Below, in pieces: positions 47,295 through 55,453 of a stretch of 60,804 bases of DNA. The position numbers were made by a program, and so were the translations under genes. How positions within the stretch are numbered: position 1 is the stretch's first letter; each line of letters opens with the position of its first letter. The DNA comes from Chloroflexota bacterium (GTDB lineage Bacteria > Chloroflexota > Limnocylindria > P2-11E), in assembly GCA_005879975.1 (NCBI GenBank), contig VBIL01000002.1, positions 1 to 60,804 on the forward strand, read 5' to 3'. The notes under the pieces were generated by a model, which saw nothing but the letters and a program-made list of their open reading frames with translations, was not told the origin of the DNA and ran no database searches.

Positions 47295-48752
47295 AGAGCA
47301 GCACTAAGGAAACGACGACCACAACGGCGCCGGCGCCAGAGCGCGGTATCCATCCGGAGCACCGCGAGGCGGCCGAGCGCCTCATCGCGCGTGGCCGCCA
47401 GCAGGGCTACGTCACGCAAGAAGACATCGTTCGCGCGATCCCCGACGCGGAGCCGGGCGAGGTCGAGGAGCTCCTCACGACGCTCGACGACAACAACGTC
47501 GAGATCCCTCATCAGCGTCGACGACCCGGTCCGCATGTACCTCAAGGAGATCGGGAAGGTACCGCTCCTCACGGCGGAGGAGGAAGTCAACCTCGCGAAG
47601 TCGATCGAGCTCGGCGAGCAGGCGCTCGTCTCGCCCGCGCTCTCGGTCGTGCATCTCTACGAGCTGGGGGTCGAGGTCAAGAAGCGCATGGCCCTCGGCC
47701 GTCCCAAGGAGTTCGTCGACGAAGCGACTCGGTTCACGACGAAGGCGCTCCACTACACGCTGAACGACGAAGAGGGTGGCAAGGAGCTGAAGCGCGTCAC
47801 CAACCGGCTCCTCAAGCTGCGCGATCCGCTTCAAGGCGAAGCGAACAGCAAGGAGATCAGCTACGAGGCGAAGGTCCTCATCGACGAGACCGTCGCGCTG
47901 ATCGATGCCGCGCGCCGTGACGCCGAGCGGCTCGCGTTCCGCATCCTCCCGCAGTACGCGAAGATCCACGGTCCCGCCGAAGGGGCCGAGCGGCTCGGCG
48001 AGCTCGTCATGCTCGGCGCGGAGCTCCGTGACACCCTCGTCAAGCACCTCGACAAGCTCGCGCAAGGCGACTCCGACGAGCAGCGCGCGCTACGCCGCCT
48101 CGCGGACGAGCTTATCCAGAAGGGCGACGACGCGCGCCACAACCTGACTGAGGCCAACCTGCGTCTCGTTGTGTCGATCGCGAAGAAGTACATCGGCCGC
48201 GGCATGAGCTTCCTCGACCTGATCCAGGAGGGGAACATCGGTCTGATCCGTGCGCGGACCATCCGCATCCCGGTCCACATGGTGGAGACGATCAACAAGC
48301 TCATCCGCGTGTCGCGTGGACTTCTGCAGGAGCTCGGCCGCGAGCCGACGGCGGAGGAGATCGCGGAGCGGATGCTCATCACTGCGGACAAGGTGCGCGA
48401 GATCGTGAAGGTCTCGCAGGAGCCCGTCTCGCTGGAGACGCCGATCGGCGAGGAAGAGGACAGCCATCTAGGGGACTTCATCCCTGATAACCAGGCCCTC
48501 GCGCCGAGCGACGCGGCGAGCCACAAGCTGCTCAAAGAGCAGGTCGAGAGCGTGCTCGAGGGGCTCACCGGACGCGAGCGCCGCGTCCTGCAGCTGCGCT
48601 TCGGTCTGGAAGACGGGCGCACCCGTACGCTCGAGGAAGTCGGCCGGGAGTTCAACGTTACCCGAGAGCGCATCCGTCAGATCGAGGCGAAGGCGCTGCG
48701 CAAGCTGCGTCACCCCTCGCGAAGCCGAAAGCTCAAGGACTACTTGGAGTAG
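47291..48752 (+). pseudogene. rpoD: Primary sigma factor, frame break near 47508 and in-frame loss of region 2.3-2.4 near 48254
   Basis: Region 1.1 is in frame 2 (to ...LDDNNVEI). From [24 protein letters not shown] the sequence is in frame 0. It reads [15 protein letters not shown] directly joined to [16 protein letters not shown], so the YATWWIRQ block is absent. Regions 3 and 4 are intact ([20 protein letters not shown]). Confidence 0.9.
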
Positions 48753-48775
48753 CGTCGTGCACGAAACGGTCGCGT

Positions 48776-48812
48776 GAGAGGCGCCGCATGAGCGGCGCCT
48801 CTCTTCATAAGT
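48776..48812 (+). terminator. Rho-independent terminator after rpoD
   Basis: 12-bp stem GAGAGGCGCCGC-AUGA-GCGGCGCCUCUC followed by UUCAUAAGUUCU. Confidence 0.7.
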
Positions 48813-48884
48813 TCTATCTCGGGCGTATGCCTTAGGTATCGCAAAGACGGCGCCTGGCGAGGTCAAACCGCGCACGATTTGGCG

Positions 48885-49925
48885 ATGCGCGCTGTCGTCC
48901 TGATTCTTGCCGCCTCGCTCGCCGGATGTTCGGCTATGCCAACGTCCACGTCGCCCCGGACCGAGTCCCCGGCCGCGACCGAGACGCCGAGTCGGGCGGC
49001 GGTGGCGACCGTGACCCCAATACCTCCTCAGGCCCCGGCTGGCGCGAGCGGAATCGCCTTTCCCACGATCTCGGCTATCTCGGCGCCCTCGGATTCTGTC
49101 GTGTGGGTCGTCACCGATAGCGATCGGCTGTTCCGATCGACGGATGGAGGGGTGACTTGGGGCCGGCGCCCAACGCCGGCCTCGTATTCGAGTGGTCCAA
49201 TCTCGTTCGTCGACGAGAGCGAAGGCTGGCTCGCGCGAACGGGATCTCCGGCCACCGGGTGTATGGCGCAGTACTTCGACCTGTGGCATACCGCCGACGG
49301 CGCGATGAGCTGGGAGTTGCTCGTTCGAGTCGGGTGGGATCTTCCACCCATGGACGTCTCCTTCGGGCAATGCAAAGGCCCGGTCGCGTTCGTTGACAGG
49401 GGAAAGGGCGTGCTCGTGGGCTCAGCTAGGGACACCGCTCCAACGCTGTATCGAACGCGCGACGGTGGCCGAAGTTGGATAAGCGGACCCCTTGGGGATC
49501 CGCCAGGTTTCACGACGCATCCCGAACACACCCTTCGGCCGGAGGGTGTGAGGTGGTTCGGGTCGACGCTTCTCCTTGACGCCTTGACATGGTTGGAGGG
49601 AAGGTCGATCCGGTATGTGTTTCGTTCGAATGACGCCGGCGCGACATGGGTCTACGTGCGCTCCATCAATGATGCTTCCGAACCCATCGTTTTCGTGACT
49701 CTCACGCGCTGGCTTCGATTCTCTTATCCGATCGCATTGGAATCGACCGACGCGGGCGCGACCTGGCACAGCTTCGCGACCGACTACCGGCAGGGTGCTA
49801 CCCCGGCACCGCCATCTGCGGCCTTCGCCGATGAATCTGTGGGCTACGCGACCGCCCGATTCTCACTTCAGCGCACTGTCGATGGAGGCAGACACTGGTC
49901 ATCCCTAAGAATGCCTGGGATCTAG
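48885..49925 (+). CDS. Lipoprotein with BNR/Ycf48-like propeller repeats
   Basis: MRAVVLILAASLAGC is a lipobox. Repeated SxDGGxTW-type motifs occur (STDGGVTW, TADGAMSW, TRDGGRSW, SNDAGATW, STDAGATW, TVDGGRHW). Confidence 0.65.
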   Translation: MRAVVLILAASLAGCSAMPTSTSPRTESPAATETPSRAAVATVTPIPPQAPAGASGIAFPTISAISAPSDSVVWVVTDSDRLFRSTDGGVTWGRRPTPASYSSGPISFVDESEGWLARTGSPATGCMAQYFDLWHTADGAMSWELLVRVGWDLPPMDVSFGQCKGPVAFVDRGKGVLVGSARDTAPTLYRTRDGGRSWISGPLGDPPGFTTHPEHTLRPEGVRWFGSTLLLDALTWLEGRSIRYVFRSNDAGATWVYVRSINDASEPIVFVTLTRWLRFSYPIALESTDAGATWHSFATDYRQGATPAPPSAAFADESVGYATARFSLQRTVDGGRHWSSLRMPGI

Positions 49926-49975
49926 ACGCGCGTAGTGGCGAGCGCGATCAGGGCCGCTGAGGCCGATAGCCTTTG

Positions 49976-50518
49976 TCAGCGTTTCGACGCGCCGAAACGC
50001 TCGAAGCTCACGAGCTCCGCGAGCGGTTTGCGCCCGCGTGCCGGGCCGGTCGGCCGCGGATCGGCCGTCGACTTCGGCCGACCGATCATCACGATCTGGC
50101 GAGCCGCACGCGTCTCCGGGATTGCGAGGATCCGCTTCGCCTCGGCCTGATGTGCCGGTTCGCCGAACCACGCGACGCCGCCGCCGTAGCCGAGCAGGGT
50201 CGCTCCGGTGAGAAGCCGCTCGGTCACGCGGCCCTCGTCGTACGCCTCGCTCAGCGGATTCGAACCGTCGAGCACGATGGCGATTCCTACAGGTGCCGCT
50301 GCCAGCGAGTTGATGTTCGGCCGAAGGCCCGCGATTTTTCGGAGCTTCTCGCTGGCAGCGGCACCTGTAGGAAGCGGATTTGCGAGACGCGACGGATCGG
50401 CCGGAGCGCCCTCACGACCGGCGAGCATAGCTGTGCGATCCGGTGGGATGATGCGTCCGTGAGCGACGTCGATTCCGGTGAGCTCGAGCGTCTTGGGTCC
50501 GCGCTTCGCCTCGCGCAA
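49976..50518 (-). CDS. Nitroreductase-family protein (only the C-terminal about 115 aa are recognisable)
   Basis: APVGIAIVLDG...LLTGATLLGYGGGVAWFG...EAKRILAIPETRAARQIVMIGRP...RKPLAELVSFERFG matches nitroreductases. The N-terminal 60 aa lack the RRSxR and QPW motifs. The gene contains the 90-nt inverted-repeat element. Confidence 0.55.
   Translation of the reverse strand: MREAKRGPKTLELTGIDVAHGRIIPPDRTAMLAGREGAPADPSRLANPLPTGAAASEKLRKIAGLRPNINSLAAAPVGIAIVLDGSNPLSEAYDEGRVTERLLTGATLLGYGGGVAWFGEPAHQAEAKRILAIPETRAARQIVMIGRPKSTADPRPTGPARGRKPLAELVSFERFGASKR
50283..50372. repeat. Perfect 26-bp inverted repeat with 38-nt spacer (90-nt element)
   Basis: TTCCTACAGGTGCCGCTGCCAGCGAG (50283-50308) is the exact reverse complement of 50347-50372. 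The spacer contains the palindrome TTCGGCCGAA. Confidence 0.9.
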
Positions 50519-50684
50519 TCCGCGCTAGAGGAGGCGCTCGAGGCAGCCGAGAATCTCGGCAGCTTCGACCACCGCTTTGACGTGCCGCGAGCGCTCGGCG
50601 GCGCGCAGCGTCTCGTCGGCAATGCGCTGGATGCCGTCGAGTCCGCCCGAAAGCCCCAGCCCTAAGCTCGGATACCATCGGATC

Positions 50685-51368
50685 ATGCGTGGACTCATCG
50701 GTAAGCGCCTCGTCGATATAGACGTCGGGTAGATCGCTGCGGTAGCCGCCTCCTTCCAGCGCGTCGTCCTCGATGTGGGCGCAGGCGACGGCGGCTACAT
50801 CCTCTACCGAGCGAAGAGCGAGCCGAGCACGTTTGCGATCGCACTGGATGCCAGTCCGGATGCCTTATCCGTCGGCGCGTGGCGCGCGAAGCGCGCCGGC
50901 GTAGCCAACGCGGCCTTCCTCGTCGAAGCCGTTGAGCGAATTCCGAGTGAGCTCGCCGGCTCCGCGAACGAGGTCACCGTCCACTTCCCGTGGGGCTCGC
51001 TGCTTCGCGGTCTCCTGGCCCCGGACGAGCGCGTCGTCTTGCCCCTCGCGAATCTCTTGAAGCCCGCTGGCGGGTTGCGTCTGTTGCTCTCGGCGACGTC
51101 GCGCGACGGCTATGCCGACCTCACCCCCGACGATCTATCGGCGCTCGCGGGCTGTTACGCGGAGCACGAGCTCGGGCTCGCAGAGGTACGAGTCGCCACC
51201 CGCATGGACATCGCCGCTTCGCGGTCGTCCTGGGCGAAGCGGCTCGGTCTGGGCCGGCCGGTCGTGTTCGCGCGCTACTCCCGGCGCTCCTCACGCAGCG
51301 GTTTCACGTCGGCCGGGACCCCGTCTGCGGCGCACCTGATCCACTCCACCGCGAACCGTCCGTCGTAG
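50685..51368 (+). pseudogene. KamB/NpmA-family 16S rRNA (adenine1408-N1)-methyltransferase with in-frame TAG at codon 16
   Basis: ATG 50685 gives MRGLIGKRLVDIDVG*IAAVAASFQRVVLDVGAGDGGY...VHFPWGSLLRGLL...SSWAKRLGLGRPVVFARYS. From memory it is colinear with KamB (MRRVVGKRVQEFSDAEFEQL...VVLDVGTGDG...MPWGSLLRG) and NpmA. The TAG aligns with a Glu codon. Confidence 0.75.
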
Positions 51369-51851
51369 CCGAAAAGTGGCCCCCAGACCGGGTTCGTCAC
51401 GCGAGAACCGCTGTGCACCGGAACGGAGATGCATACCTCCGCGCTCGTCGACGGAGAGATCGATGTCCACGGCGAGGTGCTGGTGGGTGCCCAGGTAATC
51501 GACGATCCGCCCGCGCGCCTCGCTATAGATCATCGTGGCGTCGAATCTGCGCCCGAGCGGTGGGCCGAAGTCGCGTACCCACGTGACCGTCTCGCGGCCA
51601 AAGCGATCGCGGTACGCATAGTTGTGGACGGAAAACGGGACGTCTCTGCCGCGCTGCGGGAACATGATCCGCCGCCACGTCCCGACGTAGAGGAATGGAA
51701 GCGTGTATGGCTGTCCGTGCCAGACGCGCTCCATCACGCCTCGGCCGACCGCGGCGCAGCCGTCCCCGCTCGAGAACCCGAACCGCCGCTGGATCTCCGG
51801 GTGCAGCCGATCGAAATCCGATCCCATCGCGTGCCGGTAGATCGAGCTCAT
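51275..51851 (-). CDS. DUF4166-like protein, frame break/gap near 51404
   Basis: ATGA-coupled to the upstream DoxX gene. It begins MSSIYRHAMGSDFDRLHPEIQRRFG... and runs to GMHLRSGAQRF. A second frame then gives VTNPVWGPLFGYDGRFAVEWI...* ending at 51275. Confidence 0.55.
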
Positions 51852-52252
51852 TTGGCTGGCGGCTGTCGGAGGCAGCGTGCGGCGCGAGGGACCTCGCTGG
51901 CAGCGCGGACCGCGATCGCCGCGAGGGCGGCCATCGCGACGCCGAGCGTGATGGGCTGGAACGGCGCGACGACGAGGTCCGGCACCCGAACGCTCGTCGC
52001 GAGACCGAGGCCGATGCCGAGCGCTCCACTCAGAACGAGCAGCGGGCGAGCATCTCGGACGACGAGCAGCGCGACGCCGAGCACGATCTCGAACACCGCC
52101 GCCACGACGACGAACGCCGGTGCGAACGACGCGGGCACGCCCATGCGCGACGCGAGGTCGATCTCCCCCGCGCCCGCCACGAGCTTGGGGACGATGCCGT
52201 GGTAGAGCCAGATGAACGCGAGCGCCAGAGACGCAAACGGTCGAAGCTCCAC
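51848..52252 (-). CDS. DoxX-like membrane protein
   Basis: LALAFIWLYHGIVPKL begins four TM helices. The GTG 52252 frame overlaps the end of the SRPBCC domain frame. Confidence 0.55.
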   Translation of the reverse strand: MELRPFASLALAFIWLYHGIVPKLVAGAGEIDLASRMGVPASFAPAFVVVAAVFEIVLGVALLVVRDARPLLVLSGALGIGLGLATSVRVPDLVVAPFQPITLGVAMAALAAIAVRAASEVPRAARCLRQPPAK

Positions 52253-52680
52253 GCGGTCGCCCAGCCGAGGATGGGACGGAACAGGAGATCCGCGAAACGC
52301 CCGACGGAGCCGAAGCGGGTCTCGTAGTCGTAGAGGGTGATGAACCGGATGCCCCCATCCGCCGGGGCGTAGCGCCAGTAGCCCGATCCCTGCCGGATGA
52401 GCGACTTGGCGTCGTCGGACCAGAAACGAAGCGCGGAGGTGCGGTCACCGTCGCGATCGCGCGCGCCGATGCTCTCTCCCTCGCCGGCGATGCGCAGGCC
52501 GAAGCCGATCCGCGTCGCGTAGAGGAAGCGCTGCGGATCCTTCTCGCTCGCACGCGCGAGATAGCGGATCTCGGTGAACCGAAGATCCCACCGCTCGTGA
52601 GCTTCCGGCCGCTGCGTCGCGTTCCAGAGCGCCTCCATCGGTGCCCGTACGAACCGCTCGACGTAGATCGGTCGGCCCAC
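52226..52680 (-). CDS. SRPBCC (START/polyketide-cyclase-like) domain protein, possibly the N-terminal part of an SRPBCC-DoxX fusion
   Basis: MGRPIYVERFVRAPMEALWNATQRPEAHERWDLRF...GYWRYAPADGGIRFITLYDYETRFG...WSFDRLRLW. Beyond this point the listed ORF (to 52030) is R/S-rich junk overlapping the DoxX frame. Confidence 0.6.
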
Positions 52681-52738
52681 CGGGCGGACTCTAGACTCGC
52701 GCGGTCCGTCTTCCGTGTCCGCAGGAGGTCAAACAGAG

Positions 52739-53515
52739 ATGTGCCATCCCGAAGTTCCTGCCGGCGCTCCGATCCCCGATGTGCGCGTCGAAGAAGCGAC
52801 CATCCCGGTGGAGGGTGGCGCGGCGATGCCCGGGCTTCTCGCGTTCCCTGAACGCGTTCCCGCGCCTGGGATCCTGATCGTCAACGACGTCTTCGGCCGC
52901 AGCCCGTTCTACGACAACCTCGCGCGGCGGCTCGCACAGGCGGGGTTCGTTGCGACGACACCCGAGTACTTCTTTCGCGAGGGCGCGCTCCCCGAGCCGA
53001 CGCGCGACGCGGCGATGGCGCGCGCGAAGAAGCTCGACTTCAAGCGTTGGGGCCGTGACATGTCGGCCGGGATCGACTGGCTTCGCACGCGACGAGATGT
53101 GAACGGGCTGGTCGGAACGATCGGCTTCTGCATGGGCGGCACGATGGTCCTGCTGCTCGCGGCCCGGAAAGAGGGCATCGCCGCAACGGTCTCGTACTAC
53201 GGCTTCCCGGCCGACGCGCGCACCGACACGTCGCCGATTGACCTCGCGCCGAAGATGCGTGGCCCGATCCTCGGCCACTGGGGCGATCAAGACACCGGTG
53301 CGGGCATGGACAACGTCGAAAGGCTTCGTGCCGCGCTCGACCAGGCCAAGGTCGAGCACGAGTTCCACATCTATCCCAGCCTGGGCCACGGCTTCCTCAA
53401 AGCCTCGCTCGAGGACCCGAAGACGCCGGGTTACGAGCAGGCGTGCACCTCGTGGAAGCGGACGCTCGAGTTCTACCGCCGTTGCTTCGCACGCGCTCCG
53501 GTCGGCGCGCGCTGA
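52739..53515 (+). CDS. Dienelactone hydrolase family protein
   Basis: ATG 52739 follows AGGAGG. Contains GILIVNDVFG, IGFCMGG (nucleophile elbow) and GHGF. Confidence 0.8.
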   Translation: MCHPEVPAGAPIPDVRVEEATIPVEGGAAMPGLLAFPERVPAPGILIVNDVFGRSPFYDNLARRLAQAGFVATTPEYFFREGALPEPTRDAAMARAKKLDFKRWGRDMSAGIDWLRTRRDVNGLVGTIGFCMGGTMVLLLAARKEGIAATVSYYGFPADARTDTSPIDLAPKMRGPILGHWGDQDTGAGMDNVERLRAALDQAKVEHEFHIYPSLGHGFLKASLEDPKTPGYEQACTSWKRTLEFYRRCFARAPVGAR

Positions 53516-53877
53516 CCAGAGCGCGCGCGCGGCTCCGACCACGCGACGTCCGACGGCAGCTCGTCGAGGAGGATCGGCTCGAGCGCGGTGATGTAGGCGG
53601 TCATGCGTAGCGCGAGGCGCTCGAGGAGCTCCTCGTCGAGCGTGCCGAGCGCGACCGGCTCCCAGATGCGAGCCCAACCCTTGTCCCAGGTTTCGACGCG
53701 CGCATCGTCGCCGAGCTCATCGCGGATCGCGCGGTCCCGCGCTTTGAACGCGGCCAGGAGGCGCGCGTTGGTCAGCGGGTCGGCCTCGAAGTGGAGCCCG
53801 AGCTCGATCACGCCGATGCGGCTGCGCATCCACACCTCGTAATGGAGCTGCGGGTTGCCGAACCACATCTGCGCCAT
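53473..53877 (-). CDS. Hypothetical protein
   Basis: 134-aa ORF (MAQMWFGNPQLHYEVWMRSRIGVIELGLHFE...) with coding-like composition. Its 3' tail overlaps the convergent hydrolase gene by about 40 nt. Confidence 0.4.
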   Translation of the reverse strand: MAQMWFGNPQLHYEVWMRSRIGVIELGLHFEADPLTNARLLAAFKARDRAIRDELGDDARVETWDKGWARIWEPVALGTLDEELLERLALRMTAYITALEPILLDELPSDVAWSEPRARSGQRAPTGARAKQRR

Positions 53878-53974
53878 ATACGAGTAAGCCGTCGATCGGA
53901 ATAAGGAAAGCTCCGGCGATAGCCCCGACCGAGTCGTGTCGACGACGCCGCGGAGGAACGCGCGCGGCTCGAGC

Positions 53975-55165
53975 CTACGGGGTACGCGAGCGGAGCGCGA
54001 GGTCGAGGACGCCGGTGAGCGCCGGCGCGCAGATCCCGGCGACGGTGACCAACGTGAGGACGCCGCCGCGCGTCGGGCGCTCCACGACCCGCCAGATCGG
54101 GTCTGCGATCGCGGCGCCGATCACCATCAGCGGAGCGGCGAGTAGCGCGCCGCCGACCGTAAGTGGATGGTCCCAGATGATCGCGGTCGCGATGCCGAAG
54201 AGCAGTCCGGTGAAGGCCCACCAGCGCCAGCCTACCGTCGCCGTCCCGCGCAGGGCGAGAGCGACCGCGGGAACGATGAGCGGGACGTACGTCGTCGTGT
54301 AGGTGAGGAACGCGCCAAGCCCGAGGACCAAGAGCGGCCGGGGATCGAACCGCCGCAGGAGCCCGAACGCCAGGCCGGCGCCAAGCGCGACGAGCGGAAC
54401 GAAGAGCGGGTTGACGCGTGTGATGTCGTAGGCAAGATAGATGCGCGCGGTGTGCTGGAACGCCGGCTCGGCCGCCAAGACCGGGATGCTCGCGATGTAG
54501 CGGACCACCTCGGGGCTGATGTTGTTCATGAACGGACCCGGCACGCGTTCGATTGAGCTCGAGAAGAGCAGGAAGCCGAAGACGGCGGCCGACACCGGGC
54601 CGATCGGCTTCCATCGCGCGAGTGCGAGCCGGCACGAGGCGACGCCGAGGAACGCGATCCCCAGACCCCACCCAAGCATCGAGTGCGGGAACGACCAGAG
54701 TGTTTCGTCGAGCCCGAACGCGGTGTGCCAGATGCCGTCGAAGAATCCGGCGAGCCCGGTCACGACGAATCCGCCGCCGGCGAGCGCGATCGCACCGGGG
54801 ACCGGGAACGGAAAGGGTGGCAGGGCGAAGGCATCGCCGAACCAGCGGCGCAGATCAGGAGTGAACGCGATGTAGGCGAGCGTGAGCGTCGCGCAGAGGT
54901 GCATCGAGTAGACGAAGAGATGCGGCGGCGAGAAGAAGTCCTCGAACGGATGCGTCGCGTGCCAGCGCCGGTCCCACTCGAAGCCGAACCCGAACGCGAG
55001 GATGTCGAAGATGACGGCGAGCCAGAGGAGGCGGTAGGCGGTGGTGAGGCCGACTCGGTCCTGCGCCGCCTCGGATGCCGTGAGTGCGGTCGCGGTCACG
55101 TCGGTATTGGATACGCTGACCAAGCGAGCCAGATGGCGTCGAATGCCTATCGGTGCACGCCGCAA
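53975..55165 (-). CDS. Polytopic membrane protein (about 10 TM), unknown function
   Basis: 396-aa hydrophobic ORF with conserved-looking W/H/F-rich loops (FGFEWDRRWHATHPFEDFFSPPH). Confidence 0.6.
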   Translation of the reverse strand: MRRAPIGIRRHLARLVSVSNTDVTATALTASEAAQDRVGLTTAYRLLWLAVIFDILAFGFGFEWDRRWHATHPFEDFFSPPHLFVYSMHLCATLTLAYIAFTPDLRRWFGDAFALPPFPFPVPGAIALAGGGFVVTGLAGFFDGIWHTAFGLDETLWSFPHSMLGWGLGIAFLGVASCRLALARWKPIGPVSAAVFGFLLFSSSIERVPGPFMNNISPEVVRYIASIPVLAAEPAFQHTARIYLAYDITRVNPLFVPLVALGAGLAFGLLRRFDPRPLLVLGLGAFLTYTTTYVPLIVPAVALALRGTATVGWRWWAFTGLLFGIATAIIWDHPLTVGGALLAAPLMVIGAAIADPIWRVVERPTRGGVLTLVTVAGICAPALTGVLDLALRSRTP

Positions 55166-55187
55166 TACCGTAAACTCACTCGCGCGA

Positions 55188-55222
55188 TCCCTGGTAGCTC
55201 AGCGGTAGAGCAGGCGGCTCAT
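55188..55222 (+). tRNA. 5' half of a tRNA with anticodon-loop CUCAU (Met/Ile2-like), interrupted by a group I intron; 3' half not found apart from AACC at 55433-55436
   Basis: Has U8-A9, D stem GCUC/GAGC, A14, G18G19 and anticodon-stem strand GGCGG followed by CUCAU. The acceptor strand UCCCUGG starts with an unusual U1. No matching CCAGGGA strand or T arm is found downstream. Confidence 0.6.
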
Positions 55223-55432
55223 GGTTAAAGGGCAGCCCCTTGGGGAAACTCAGGGGTGTCACTGGGTGAACTGTCGGGAAACCTAAAGCGCGCAAGCGCC
55301 ATGGCAATCCGCAGCCAAGCCCGAGGGAACGCCTCGGGAAGGTTCAGAGACTATGCGCCCGGCGCCTAAAGCCCGAAGGGGCCATGGCGAAGAGATAGTC
55401 CGTGCCCGGGGGTCCTATTGACACGGCGCTAG
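55223..55432 (+). ncRNA. Group I intron (IC3, Azoarcus/cyanobacterial tRNA-intron type), about 210 nt
   Basis: All core helices P2-P9 can be drawn (see finding). The core strings GGGAAACCUAAAGCG, CAUGGCAAUCCGCAGCCAAGC and GAAGGUUCAGAGACUAU...AGAGAUAGUCC match remembered tRNA-intron cores. GNRA loops GAAA and GCAA are present. Confidence 0.8.
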
Positions 55433-55453
55433 AACCTATGTTCTATCGCCCTC

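Noticed and set aside
50730-50732. In-frame TAG read as pyrrolysine or another recoding event
   Set aside because: No pyl genes or PYLIS-like context are in view. The codon aligns with a plain Glu in homologues and is one substitution away from GAG.
51291-52553. 420-aa minus-strand ORF
   Set aside because: Only its last 190 or so residues (from MSSIYRHAMG) look real (DUF4166-like). The rest is out-of-frame read-through of the DoxX and SRPBCC genes.
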